Shown here piece after piece: positions 15,636 through 24,293 of a stretch of 64,000 nucleotides of DNA. The notes under the pieces were generated by a model, which searched no databases, was not told where the DNA came from, and worked only from the letters and a program-made list of their open reading frames with translations. The position numbers and the translations under genes were made by a program. Position 1 is the first letter of the stretch, and each line of letters begins with the position of its first letter. This DNA comes from a virus (Duplodnaviria > Caudoviricetes): the IMG/VR virus record IMGVR_UViG_3300014732_000001, positions 26,461 to 90,460 of that record. One strand, given 5' to 3'.

Positions 15636-15664
15636 AAGCCCCCTTCACAAGGGGCTTTCTCTTA
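15636..15664 (+). terminator. intrinsic terminator closing the early region
   Basis: AAGCCCC/GGGGCTT plus TCTCTT. Confidence 0.65.
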
Positions 15665-16543
15665 TCTATCACATAAACATCTAAAAACCTTCATACACTC
15701 GCCTCTAAACCCCAATACACTCTCCTTAATCCATCCTCTAACCCCTTCCTACCATCACCAGGTACCACCTACTACTATCCCCTACACTGACCATTCATGC
15801 GATAGCATGAGAAAACACACAAGCCAGCGCCTACGCTGTCTGTAAGCACCTCTCTAACACACTTCCCCCTTCAAAATATCATTCTAAATATCCCCTCTAA
15901 TACACTTGGAGTGAATGCGAGACATCGAATGATGTTAAGCATGAACGATTCCAAATAGCCACCTCTAGCACGTCAGTGCCCCTATATCCATCCCTTAACG
16001 TCAGTTAAAAACTGTCTCCTACTCGATAGCGTCAGCTATCCCTGGTAAATATCATTCCAATTGGAACAATTGAATTATTAATATTCCCTATGGTGAGTTG
16101 AGAAAGTCATTTAACAAAAATCGGATTATGCGAAGTCACCTTTACATACACCATTTTCAATAGTTCTAAACTATGGATGTTCTTTAGTAAAGAGTATGTC
16201 AATGTGAGGCTATACAGCGGTATAGTGAGAGTCTATTAGATATTTCTGGAATATAGATTTAGTTTATGGTAGGGTGGGTAGCAGTGTTAAACCCCTCAGA
16301 CATAGAGCTGGGATTTATTGAAAAGGTTTGACTTGATGTGGGGATATTTTCTACAGACAAAGAAAAGGGACTGCCCTAAAAAGAGCAGTCCCAAAAATAG
16401 AGGGGGTTGGTGTTCTCAGATATGTTTCCAATTATCTTCTGCTTCATTCACCTTAAATACTTACTATATTATGTAGGCCCATCTGCTCTACACCGAAATA
16501 CAAGGGATACAGAGCATCGGATGGACATTTGATGTCCCATCAG
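15665..16543. other. non-coding convergence zone, candidate genome terminus or direct terminal repeat
   Basis: about 880 bp with no credible ORF, between convergent operons; C-rich then G-rich skew; array of short hairpins. Confidence 0.5.
16367..16397. terminator. bidirectional-type terminator hairpin
   Basis: GGGACTGC/GCAGTCCC stem flanked by A runs. Confidence 0.55.
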
Positions 16544-17161
16544 CTATGTAAACAAGTCTGGACCATATTCGTAGCTGTTAGCAATAGCAGCCATGAATGC
16601 ACTATATCTACCTTTCCAGAACAACTTGGGATGAACCTTTATCAAGTGAGACCAACCGTCTTCATCCTCAAACTTTGTAGTTAGCTCAATCATCAACCCT
16701 TTACTCAATAAAGACAGGTACACCCTTCGTGTTTGCTTGTCCCCTGTATTCATTCCTTTCTTTATCTGTAGCCAAGATATCACACTGTAATTCCACACCA
16801 CCACATTGTCGCATACAAGCTTTAACATCTTACTTTCTGTTATGGTGCAAGAGTCCAGCAGCATGAAGTCTAGGAGGTATCCGTTGTCTCCTCTGCCGGT
16901 TCGTGAGCTGTCCGAACACAGAGACTTAAGTTCCTTTATGTTTGTAGCTGTGTCCGGTGTAGGCTTTGGGAAAAACAGCCCCTTCTCGTAGTATTTTCTG
17001 ACCACTTCGTTAGTCCGATATTCGTTTAGCCAGAAGTCACAATAGTCTAAGACTGACAGGGATTGTAATATTTCCCCTGTATGCTTGTTAACGACAAAAA
17101 CCCGCTCACCATCTCTGATGAACAGGTTGTCATATTTCGGTATGTCATCTACTCTATACAT
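16544..17161 (-). CDS. protein with RepL-like C-terminal winged helix (start MYRVDD)
   Basis: C-terminal QIKKGM...TRRVYLSLLSKGLM...KVHPKLFWKG resembles the wHTH ending NP.l.fkG; AGGAG RBS. Confidence 0.65.
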   Translation of the reverse strand: MYRVDDIPKYDNLFIRDGERVFVVNKHTGEILQSLSVLDYCDFWLNEYRTNEVVRKYYEKGLFFPKPTPDTATNIKELKSLCSDSSRTGRGDNGYLLDFMLLDSCTITESKMLKLVCDNVVVWNYSVISWLQIKKGMNTGDKQTRRVYLSLLSKGLMIELTTKFEDEDGWSHLIKVHPKLFWKGRYSAFMAAIANSYEYGPDLFT

Positions 17162-17162
17162 G

Positions 17163-17342
17163 TCAACTTTCCATGCTCCTAATAAGCTCTTGTATTCGCT
17201 TCCACTCCTTACCTGACTCCTCGTATTCCTTATATCGTCGCTGGTGTCCAGAATCACATCTGGAACAGCTTACATAGTAATTTCCATTTACCTCGTAGCT
17301 AACAGGCTTCCCGCCACAGCTACCACAATCGTCTAATTTCAT
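17163..17342 (-). CDS. Lar-like (restriction alleviation family) zinc-ribbon protein, 59 aa (not in ORF track)
   Basis: MKLDDCGSCGGKP...YYVSCSRCDSG...KEW: CxxCGG...V.CxxC...W pattern. Confidence 0.6.
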   Translation of the reverse strand: MKLDDCGSCGGKPVSYEVNGNYYVSCSRCDSGHQRRYKEYEESGKEWKRIQELIRSMES

Positions 17343-17533
17343 CTACACCCTCCTTCTCGATATTTCTGTGGAAACAAACACTTCTTCCCATACGCCTTAC
17401 AACAGTCACAAATGTAGGAGTCTTCCACTCCTAGTTGCTCGTAGAAATAGAATGTTCCTCGTGCTAACTCTTGCCCCATCCACTCTTCTGCATATTCAGG
17501 GTCAGTCAAGAGCTTACATTCGTCGTCTTTCAT
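17339..17533 (-). CDS. small Cys-rich hypothetical protein
   Basis: 64 aa ORF with 4-nt overlaps on both sides. Confidence 0.65.
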   Translation of the reverse strand: MKDDECKLLTDPEYAEEWMGQELARGTFYFYEQLGVEDSYICDCCKAYGKKCLFPQKYREGGCR

Positions 17534-17700
17534 TTTCTCATCTCCTTGAATTGTCGGAACGCTTCAGAGAACACCCCTTGTAGTTGATATTCTGGGTCAC
17601 TATCTAGTTGCTGCATCTGATATTTCACCCACTGTCTGGAGTGCTCTAAGACTTGCTTATGTGTTTTTTCTAGTTGGTTTATGTATTCATTATCTCCCAA
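17530..17700 (-). CDS. hypothetical protein, 56 aa, TTG start (not in ORF track)
   Basis: GGAGGAGG RBS; MGDNEYINQLEKTHKQVLEHS... Confidence 0.55.
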   Translation of the reverse strand: MGDNEYINQLEKTHKQVLEHSRQWVKYQMQQLDSDPEYQLQGVFSEAFRQFKEMRK

Positions 17701-17723
17701 ACTCTATCCTCCTCCAATAAAAG

Positions 17724-17743
17724 AAGCCCCTTAATTGGGGCTT
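17724..17743 (-). terminator. intrinsic terminator after nucleotidyltransferase 2
   Basis: AAGCCCC/GGGGCTT stem with T tract on the minus strand. Confidence 0.6.
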
Positions 17744-17747
17744 TGTT

Positions 17748-18365
17748 TCAGTCAACGTACAAGGTATCGTTCTCAGGATCATATGATCCACCCATCTGTG
17801 CAATGCGTGCTACAATCTCTTTAATCACATGTCCTGTGTAATATCCCTTGTTACGATATTTGTAGATGCGATTTAGTGTGCTGGATGGATATTCCAGATT
17901 CACCAAAGATAGTTGTTTCTTACGGACATCCTTGATGGCTCGATGATCTGTGTACACTTCAAACTGGGTTTCATCGTCATTCCAAAGCATAGCAAAATAT
18001 GTAGCTGAGAAATCAAAGCTATTAATCAAATCTGCGACATCTGAATAACGGCGTTTACAAATGATTTGCACTTTCACACATTCTTCTGGTTTCTTGAAAT
18101 CTTCTCCTTTCATGTATGTGAATAGGTGCCCAAGAGGACAAGCAAAGACAAGACCAAATCCTTGACCTACAAAGTGTTCAGAGATAGATGTAAGGTCAGC
18201 CTTGTGTGTCAGGAAAAGATCGTAATCAGAAATCTCTGTACCAAACAGACTGTCTCGTACAGCCCCGCCAGCCAAGATAAGACCATCAAAGGAAAGCAGA
18301 GCATCCTCCACGTCAGAATCAATAGCAGAGAATCGAGAGTCTTTCAGGTTTGTCAGTTTAAGCAT
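17748..18365 (-). CDS. nucleotidyltransferase, CCA-adding/poly(A) polymerase head-domain-like (copy 2)
   Basis: LAGGAVRD...SDYDLF and later FDFS (RRDFT-like). Confidence 0.8.
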   Translation of the reverse strand: MLKLTNLKDSRFSAIDSDVEDALLSFDGLILAGGAVRDSLFGTEISDYDLFLTHKADLTSISEHFVGQGFGLVFACPLGHLFTYMKGEDFKKPEECVKVQIICKRRYSDVADLINSFDFSATYFAMLWNDDETQFEVYTDHRAIKDVRKKQLSLVNLEYPSSTLNRIYKYRNKGYYTGHVIKEIVARIAQMGGSYDPENDTLYVD

Positions 18366-18394
18366 TTGTGTTCCTCCTTGTTTGTGATGTGTCG

Positions 18395-18423
18395 ATGATA
18401 GGCTCCTTCGAACCCTGTGTCAA
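18395..18423 (-). promoter_or_regulatory. sigma70-type promoter for nucleotidyltransferase 2
   Basis: TTGACA-17-TATCAT, then CGACACATC (early-type motif). Confidence 0.7.
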
Positions 18424-18611
18424 CTACTTTTGTCTTTAGTCATCAAATGAAACAACACCAAGCAAGATGACACCACTGTCCCAAGGATAATCACTGCTGG
18501 GTGCATTATCAGGAATACAACAGCTATCAGCATTCCAAATCCTGCAAGGCACACAAACAGAGTAAACCCCATCAGTAGCAAAACTGCAATACCAATAAGC
18601 CTTTTAATCAC
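18420..18611 (-). CDS. small membrane protein
   Basis: almost entirely hydrophobic, two TM helices. Confidence 0.7.
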   Translation of the reverse strand: MIKRLIGIAVLLLMGFTLFVCLAGFGMLIAVVFLIMHPAVIILGTVVSSCLVLFHLMTKDKSS

Positions 18612-18823
18612 ATGAAATCCCTCAACTCAAAGTACGCATCCCTAAGCTCTTCTTCTGTGTAAGGCTCCCACCACTTATCCCTCCACGCCCAAAAAGTCAC
18701 TAGCCCATATTCCTCACACCACCTCCCATTCTTCCGATACAGTGGATGCTCGTCCGTATTCCAAGGTTCACCAAGACCCTGAACCATGTTTGCTAAATCA
18801 ACTTTAGTAATTTCTAGTTTCAC
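18608..18823 (-). CDS. hypothetical Trp-rich protein
   Basis: GTG start; packed operon. Confidence 0.6.
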   Translation of the reverse strand: MKLEITKVDLANMVQGLGEPWNTDEHPLYRKNGRWCEEYGLVTFWAWRDKWWEPYTEEELRDAYFELRDFM

Positions 18824-19550
18824 TGGTACTTACCTCCATCTTCTTCAGTTGCTCTTGGAGAGTGTTCATCTGCTTTTCAAGATACCCTTTCACCCTATCA
18901 ACAGCTTCTTGCTTATTTAAATGAACCTTGTGGTATGTAAATCCAGTGTAAAGCTCCCCTTGATTATTGATACGAAGATTGAGGTCTTCAGCTCCATCTA
19001 TTTCCAAATCAGCCTGATAATACAAAGTATTTTTATCATCGTATGAAAGGAAATACTCCAGATTTTTAACCTTTCCTGCGTACACACCAACTTCTAAGTG
19101 GTTGTTTTGTGTCACTGAAACGTAAACAGTTTGTCCCTCATCAAGCTTCGGTGCTGCCAGTTTGTAGTCATCTCGGCTCAATGCTTGTGGTTTAAGTTGA
19201 TAGAGGCGTTCTGTTTCTGCATTCAGCCGAGTAGCTGCCTTTGCATGTGTTTGTTTTATAATAGAGTTGAGTTCCCACCCGTTCTTGAACACAAAATACC
19301 AAGCTTTAGTGTACCAAGGTCTTTCTGAAAGGGTTCTAACAATCCCGTCTACTCGTTTAACCTCCTTTCGATAATCTTCTTGGGCTTTTTCTAGGAGTGC
19401 GTGCAGGGCTTGCTTAGGTGTTTCATAGTATGTGGCGTCAATGTGGTAACGGTTATCTGCTCCAACGAATACTTCAGTTATTCCTGTGTAGCTGGCCACC
19501 CAACCCACTCCAAACATTTCTTTCATCTCTTCAAATGTATATGCTTTCAC
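18804..19550 (-). CDS. hypothetical protein
   Basis: 248 aa ORF, GGAGG RBS. Confidence 0.8.
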   Translation of the reverse strand: MKAYTFEEMKEMFGVGWVASYTGITEVFVGADNRYHIDATYYETPKQALHALLEKAQEDYRKEVKRVDGIVRTLSERPWYTKAWYFVFKNGWELNSIIKQTHAKAATRLNAETERLYQLKPQALSRDDYKLAAPKLDEGQTVYVSVTQNNHLEVGVYAGKVKNLEYFLSYDDKNTLYYQADLEIDGAEDLNLRINNQGELYTGFTYHKVHLNKQEAVDRVKGYLEKQMNTLQEQLKKMEVSTSETRNY

Positions 19551-19778
19551 TTATCCCTCCTGCATCTGTGCAATCAAAAACTTGTTCTCCTGTTCAAGCA
19601 TTCCTTTCTCTTGTGTAAGCGTTATCACCTCACGTTGGAGATTGGATATTTGATTGTAATAGTCTTTAATCAGCTCTGCAACATCTGGACCCTCTTTCGG
19701 ATGTATTGGTTTACGCACCATAATCCCATAAAGGCGTAATAGCAGCTCTGCGGGATATGGATTAGTTTTCAAATTCAT
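19551..19778 (-). CDS. hypothetical coiled-coil protein (start MNLKT)
   Basis: GGAGAGGA RBS. Confidence 0.65.
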   Translation of the reverse strand: MNLKTNPYPAELLLRLYGIMVRKPIHPKEGPDVAELIKDYYNQISNLQREVITLTQEKGMLEQENKFLIAQMQEG

Positions 19779-19962
19779 CTTTCCTCTCCTCCCCAATGAG
19801 AGACTCTTTTCGTAGTTCAAATATTTTATCAAGCTCTCGTGAGCATTTGTACAAGTAGTGCTCCGCCGTGTTTACATCTTTGCGGTACAAAGCAACACGA
19901 ACCAAACCAAGATAGCTCTCTGTAATATGGTGGTGTGCTTCCATATACTCATCTCTTGTCAT
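19762..19962 (-). CDS. hypothetical protein
   Basis: 66 aa ORF in operon. Confidence 0.65.
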   Translation of the reverse strand: MTRDEYMEAHHHITESYLGLVRVALYRKDVNTAEHYLYKCSRELDKIFELRKESLIGEERKDEFEN

Positions 19963-20135
19963 CAGACTTGCAGTCCTTTTTCATAAAATCTTCAATATTT
20001 GTTGTAGGAAACTGAGAAAACCACTTATCTAATTCCTCACGACGTTTCTTTAGTTTCTCCTTTTCTTCTTGGCTACCAAAAACTTGAATATACTCTTCGT
20101 AGATATTTTTTGAACAGGACACTGTTTAAATCCCC

Positions 20136-20348
20136 TTAATAGCTGTCTCGATCATAATCATTATCTCCGTGCTGAGTAGAATATGGACTTCCACCCTTGA
20201 AGCTAGCACCACTACACAGGAAATATTCTTGTTTGGATGTTGCAGTATAATTATTACCTATTACGGTATTAGCCACTTCCTTTTCAAAGCTGTTGCCATA
20301 CAGCATGCACAGATTACAAAGACGTTTTATCTTTTCCGTTGACTTCAT
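20136..20348 (-). CDS. hypothetical protein
   Basis: 70 aa ORF, GAGGAG RBS. Confidence 0.6.
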   Translation of the reverse strand: MKSTEKIKRLCNLCMLYGNSFEKEVANTVIGNNYTATSKQEYFLCSGASFKGGSPYSTQHGDNDYDRDSY

Positions 20349-20351
20349 CTT

Positions 20352-20672
20352 CTACTCCTCGTAAAGATCATCTAAATTATTCAACAATGTCCGTTCGTAT
20401 TCAGCGCCAATCTCTTTTTGTTGTAGAAGCTGATTAATCTTCATCCAAACTACATACTCATTCTGAGGGTCAACACGCTCTTGAAGATATAGAAGCAGCT
20501 CCCTTGGAATAGAAACTGCATCCTCTTCTTCCAAACGTAACTCATTGAAAGTTTCAACATAATCCGCGTATGTTTTGTGCTGTCTAACCTTCTCACCACC
20601 ATAATAGCGCACTTCAAGGAACTGGTCACTTCCCTTGTACAGATTAAACTCTTCTTCAGTCCACATTCTCAT
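20352..20672 (-). CDS. hypothetical protein
   Basis: 106 aa acidic ORF. Confidence 0.7.
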   Translation of the reverse strand: MRMWTEEEFNLYKGSDQFLEVRYYGGEKVRQHKTYADYVETFNELRLEEEDAVSIPRELLLYLQERVDPQNEYVVWMKINQLLQQKEIGAEYERTLLNNLDDLYEE

Positions 20673-20878
20673 TCAAACAACTCCTTCTCTGTGATATACA
20701 TTCTCAATTCATCATAGCTATTTGGTTGAACGTAGCGGCAAAGCTCCCAATTCTTGTATTGACATGCCATAATGTATTTCAAAGCCCCTTTACGTGTCAA
20801 ATGATAACTGCTTTCCCATGAATCATAGCCATCACAAGACACTGTGTTTACTATGTAGAGCTTAGCTGGGAAATTCAT
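20669..20878 (-). CDS. hypothetical protein
   Basis: 69 aa ORF, GGAGG RBS. Confidence 0.7.
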   Translation of the reverse strand: MNFPAKLYIVNTVSCDGYDSWESSYHLTRKGALKYIMACQYKNWELCRYVQPNSYDELRMYITEKELFE

Positions 20879-21113
20879 TCAACACATCCTCCATATTCTT
20901 CTGCATTCTTTCTATTGTGCAAGCAAGCACACTCTTCGATCAGACATTGTGTTGTCCGAACAAGGGCTTTATTTTGTCTGTGCATCAAATAACAAGCTAC
21001 GCATAAGTAAATCACTAATACCCAAACAAGAGCTATCATTCTTCAATCATCTCCCTAATGTATTCTCTCATAAACAAAAATAGCCCAACATCTTTCAATG
21101 TCAGGCCATGTTA

Positions 21114-21377
21114 TCACCTCTTTTTCTTTGGTGCAAGCTTTTTGAAGGTGTAGTCAATGATGCTTTCCAACACCCAAATTCCCCACCATACAGGGAATAT
21201 AATGACTACAGCAATGTGGAAATACACATACACTTCCTTTACAGAAAGCTTTGTATTGCGATATTCCTCACGATAGAGCTGATACACTCCTTGCTCCCCA
21301 AGAAACTTCCATGTTGCTAACAGAAGCAGGGTAGAGAGGATGAGGCCGATAACGTAGTATGTAATTAGGAATGTCAT
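21114..21377 (-). CDS. membrane protein
   Basis: two hydrophobic helices; GGAG RBS. Confidence 0.75.
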   Translation of the reverse strand: MTFLITYYVIGLILSTLLLLATWKFLGEQGVYQLYREEYRNTKLSVKEVYVYFHIAVVIIFPVWWGIWVLESIIDYTFKKLAPKKKR

Positions 21378-21388
21378 TTAGATTTCTC

Positions 21389-21655
21389 CTAGTAGATAAT
21401 AACCAAGCCTTGCAGGGCACAAGCAACATCGTTTACGTCTTCACCCAATTGTTCAGCCATCTCATCAATGTTGTCGTAACTGCTTAGAAAGTGAAATTCA
21501 TCGTCTTCAAACTCCAGGCGGAAGTCTTCATCCGCTCCTCGGATACTACGATAGAAGTTACCCTCATCGTCACCTTGAAGAACAACTTCAGCGTCTTCTT
21601 CATAATTTTTCAACAGCTCGATCAAGTCTTTAACTTTCATCCTATCTCTCCTCAA
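21389..21655 (-). CDS. hypothetical protein (MKVKDLIELL type)
   Basis: MKV.DLIELL...DAEVVLQGDDEGN motif common in phage hypotheticals. Confidence 0.75.
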   Translation of the reverse strand: MRRDRMKVKDLIELLKNYEEDAEVVLQGDDEGNFYRSIRGADEDFRLEFEDDEFHFLSSYDNIDEMAEQLGEDVNDVACALQGLVIIY

Positions 21656-21990
21656 TGAATCGTTGCTTTTGAATATGGAACATCAAAGAGCGAAGCTCTT
21701 TCCTCTTGGAACACTTCTTCTCCCTCTTGTTCTTCCTGATAGCCTACAGACATCATCTCCTCATAATACAAATCAACACAGGAGATGAGGACATCCAATT
21801 GTGTAAAGGGATGGGTAATCTCTCCCCCTGTCAAGCGAGAATAAGCTGTCTGGACACTCTTGAATAGAATTGCGTAGTCATGTAGTTCTCGGCGTACAGA
21901 GTCAACATCGAGAGAGCCATCAGGATTCTCCAGAATATCTTTCCAGATGCTATTCCACACACTGTCAATCTTCTCTTTTGGGGACATCAT
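21652..21990 (-). CDS. hypothetical protein
   Basis: 112 aa ORF, 4-nt overlaps. Confidence 0.75.
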   Translation of the reverse strand: MMSPKEKIDSVWNSIWKDILENPDGSLDVDSVRRELHDYAILFKSVQTAYSRLTGGEITHPFTQLDVLISCVDLYYEEMMSVGYQEEQEGEEVFQEERASLFDVPYSKATIH

Positions 21991-22283
21991 TCCACCTCCA
22001 CTGTCTCAATAAATAGCGTATGTGTATATTCTAGCAGATCATCTTCTGTAATGCCAAGCTCTTTTAGTTTATCTTCTCGCCATTTCTCGTAAAAGCCTGT
22101 GTCTGTCCACACATTCTGTAGGCGTTCATCCATAAGAGCATCGAACATCTCTTTATCAGCAAATTCAAACTGGGCACAACGCCCCACTTTGTTATTGTGT
22201 TCACTGACAAGCTCAAGAGCATCCACCCAATTGTGAAATGCTCTCACCCCTTTCCCCTTGTTTACGACAACATAGATTTCCAT
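21987..22283 (-). CDS. hypothetical protein
   Basis: 98 aa ORF. Confidence 0.75.
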   Translation of the reverse strand: MEIYVVVNKGKGVRAFHNWVDALELVSEHNNKVGRCAQFEFADKEMFDALMDERLQNVWTDTGFYEKWREDKLKELGITEDDLLEYTHTLFIETVEVE

Positions 22284-22287
22284 GATC

Positions 22288-22530
22288 CTAGCTCACCAAA
22301 TATACAGACAAGCTATAACGATTGATGGCTTGCTCTAGTGTGCAATGAATGTTCTTCCCATTGATAGGGGCTTGAGTGTAGAACGTCCCGTCTCGTTTTA
22401 CAACAGTGAAAGCTGGGGCATCATCAGCTACGCTGTATTTGACGAAACGGATGTTATCGAGAATTACGCCTGTGTCAAGGTAGAAGGTAGGCTTCCCATT
22501 TGGAACACGTACACGAATTTTATTGCTCAT
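22288..22530 (-). CDS. hypothetical protein (start MSNKIR)
   Basis: upstream part of the track ORF overlaps 22520-22840 out of frame; ATG 22530 has an RBS. Confidence 0.65.
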   Translation of the reverse strand: MSNKIRVRVPNGKPTFYLDTGVILDNIRFVKYSVADDAPAFTVVKRDGTFYTQAPINGKNIHCTLEQAINRYSLSVYLVS

Positions 22531-22840
22531 CTTCTTTCTCCATTTCAATTTGTTCAATAAGCCATGCTTCAAGATAATCTGTATCAACATTGAAGCGTTC
22601 TTCACAATATTCTTTTGAGGGATTGAACACAACCTCATCCAGCTCGTCGGTATTATCATCGAAAATATCAGCTCGTGCAACATTCCATTCAATTTGTGTG
22701 TATCCGTAGAAATCATCAGGATTATCAGCAGAGAAATCAGCCTCTTGTTTATGATAATACACCACATCAAGCACAAGCCCCGCATAAAGCTCTTTTGTAT
22801 TCTCTTGAAATGCTACAACATAACAAAATTCTTTAGACAT
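22520..22840 (-). CDS. hypothetical acidic protein
   Basis: 106 aa, AAGGAG RBS. Confidence 0.75.
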   Translation of the reverse strand: MSKEFCYVVAFQENTKELYAGLVLDVVYYHKQEADFSADNPDDFYGYTQIEWNVARADIFDDNTDELDEVVFNPSKEYCEERFNVDTDYLEAWLIEQIEMEKEDEQ

Positions 22841-23098
22841 TTAGCACTCCTTTGGTTTTTCTTTCTGTAGATTAGCCTCATCAGACCACTCTACGTTCGC
22901 TCTTCCGGTGAAGCAGTCTACAAAGGCCACCTTGTACCGAGGATTGCAAAATGACTCAAAATAATCTCGCTCCGTTAGGAAATTCAAATATGGGTAACTG
23001 AACTCTACTCCGACAATCTTACCTTTATTATAGCGACCGTCTATTTTCTTGCTGTTAAGCAGCCAAACCATTTGATTAATTCTAAACTTCGCCTTCAT
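22841..23098 (-). CDS. hypothetical SH3-like protein
   Basis: KFRINQMVW N-terminus typical of beta-barrel phage proteins. Confidence 0.65.
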   Translation of the reverse strand: MKAKFRINQMVWLLNSKKIDGRYNKGKIVGVEFSYPYLNFLTERDYFESFCNPRYKVAFVDCFTGRANVEWSDEANLQKEKPKEC

Positions 23099-23232
23099 CT
23101 AATCTTCCTCATATCCACGATCTTGCATCTCAGCCCAAATATTAAAGCTCAGACGTTCCAGTGCATCATCTGTGCATTCCTCAATATTTTCAATAATCAG
23201 GAATACAGCATCTTGGATTTCTTTCTGTGTAA

Positions 23233-23412
23233 TCAACTCTCTTCCTCCATTTGTCGAAGCATAAGCTCCCCTTTCATTGAATACATGATGTCTACGAGCA
23301 TTTGCTCTGTAAGCTCATCACTACGGAACATAATAACATCTGCTGCTGTCTTTGTGTCACACATATTCAAAAGAAACTTGTAATTCTCTGTAATTTCTAA
23401 GCAGTCAGTCAT
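23233..23412 (-). CDS. hypothetical protein, 59 aa (not in ORF track)
   Basis: MTDCLEITENYKFLLNMCD...; GGAG RBS. Confidence 0.55.
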   Translation of the reverse strand: MTDCLEITENYKFLLNMCDTKTAADVIMFRSDELTEQMLVDIMYSMKGELMLRQMEEES

Positions 23413-23413
23413 C

Positions 23414-23650
23414 TTATTTCTCCCATATAGCAGACAAAATTTTATCTTTCTGCTCTACACTGAGGTATTCAGCAGCGAGGATAATCCTGTTCATCCGACG
23501 ATTGTTTGTAGCCCAGGCGGCATCAAGACTTTGTTTAAGCGCCGCTATCTCATCCATCAAAGCTCTACGCTCTGAATTCAAGAGAATGTTTTCTTGTTTT
23601 TGTTCTGGCATTTTATATTCTCCTATTGTTCGTTGTGAATCCCAAGACAA
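23414..23650 (-). CDS. hypothetical helical protein
   Basis: 78 aa ORF; start may be the internal MPEQK. Confidence 0.6.
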   Translation of the reverse strand: MSWDSQRTIGEYKMPEQKQENILLNSERRALMDEIAALKQSLDAAWATNNRRMNRIILAAEYLSVEQKDKILSAIWEK

Positions 23651-23868
23651 GCATTTCCTTCAAACAATGCTTCAAATTCTGCCTCCATCATAGCAAGCTC
23701 TTCAGCCTGTTGCAACAGCTTTTTAGTGAGCTGTATGCTGATGAGCAGGTCTTTCTGCCGTACATGCCTTACACACCCTTCAGATTCTTTAGCTGAAGAT
23801 TCTACGAGAGTGTTAAGAACGTAGCTCAGAGCTTCCACTTGAGAAGCTGCATTGTAGTGTGTGTTCAT
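23623..23868 (-). CDS. hypothetical protein (start MNTHY)
   Basis: GAGG RBS. Confidence 0.6.
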   Translation of the reverse strand: MNTHYNAASQVEALSYVLNTLVESSAKESEGCVRHVRQKDLLISIQLTKKLLQQAEELAMMEAEFEALFEGNACLGIHNEQ

Positions 23869-23872
23869 CTCT

Positions 23873-24073
23873 TTATCCTCGATTTTGTGTATGATAGACA
23901 ATTTGCCAGACAGCCTTACCATCCTCATCTGCACCAGATTGTGCAGTGAAAGCAGCAGGACGTGCATATTTTGCAAAGTCAAGCAGTGCGTCTAGGTTGG
24001 TGAACAGTCGTGCAATTTGAGAAGGAGTTTGCACTTGCCCTTCTATAATATTTTCTTCAATTTGTTCTGTCAT
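23873..24073 (-). CDS. hypothetical protein
   Basis: 66 aa, AAGGAG RBS. Confidence 0.7.
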   Translation of the reverse strand: MTEQIEENIIEGQVQTPSQIARLFTNLDALLDFAKYARPAAFTAQSGADEDGKAVWQIVYHTQNRG

Positions 24074-24074
24074 A

Positions 24075-24293
24075 TTACTCTCCTTTTAGCTCTGTAATGG
24101 CTACTCGGCGCGTGTCAATTAGCTGCTTAAGTTCTTTATCGTGAGCCTGCCACTCAATAGCTATCTCATCTTTCTCGACAGCAATACCAAAAGAACCTTT
24201 CCCTCGCTGACGTTCACAATTTTTCATCCACCGCAACAACTCGTGCTCTCGTTCCACATTCATCAACACTTCCAATAACTCTTGTGTTTTCAT
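24075..24293 (-). CDS. hypothetical protein
   Basis: 72 aa ORF. Confidence 0.7.
   Translation of the reverse strand: MKTQELLEVLMNVEREHELLRWMKNCERQRGKGSFGIAVEKDEIAIEWQAHDKELKQLIDTRRVAITELKGE

Noticed and set aside
15612-15845. 77-aa ORF in the non-coding zone
   Set aside because: No RBS, spans a terminator, and reflects low-complexity C-rich sequence.
17162-17257. 5' extension of the track ORF 16544-17257
   Set aside because: This span is occupied by the Lar-like ORF in another frame; ATG 17161 has its own AGGAG RBS.
20875-21070. Possible frameshifted membrane gene
   Set aside because: Only a 42-aa hydrophobic ORF with ambiguous start; cannot distinguish a real small gene from decay.
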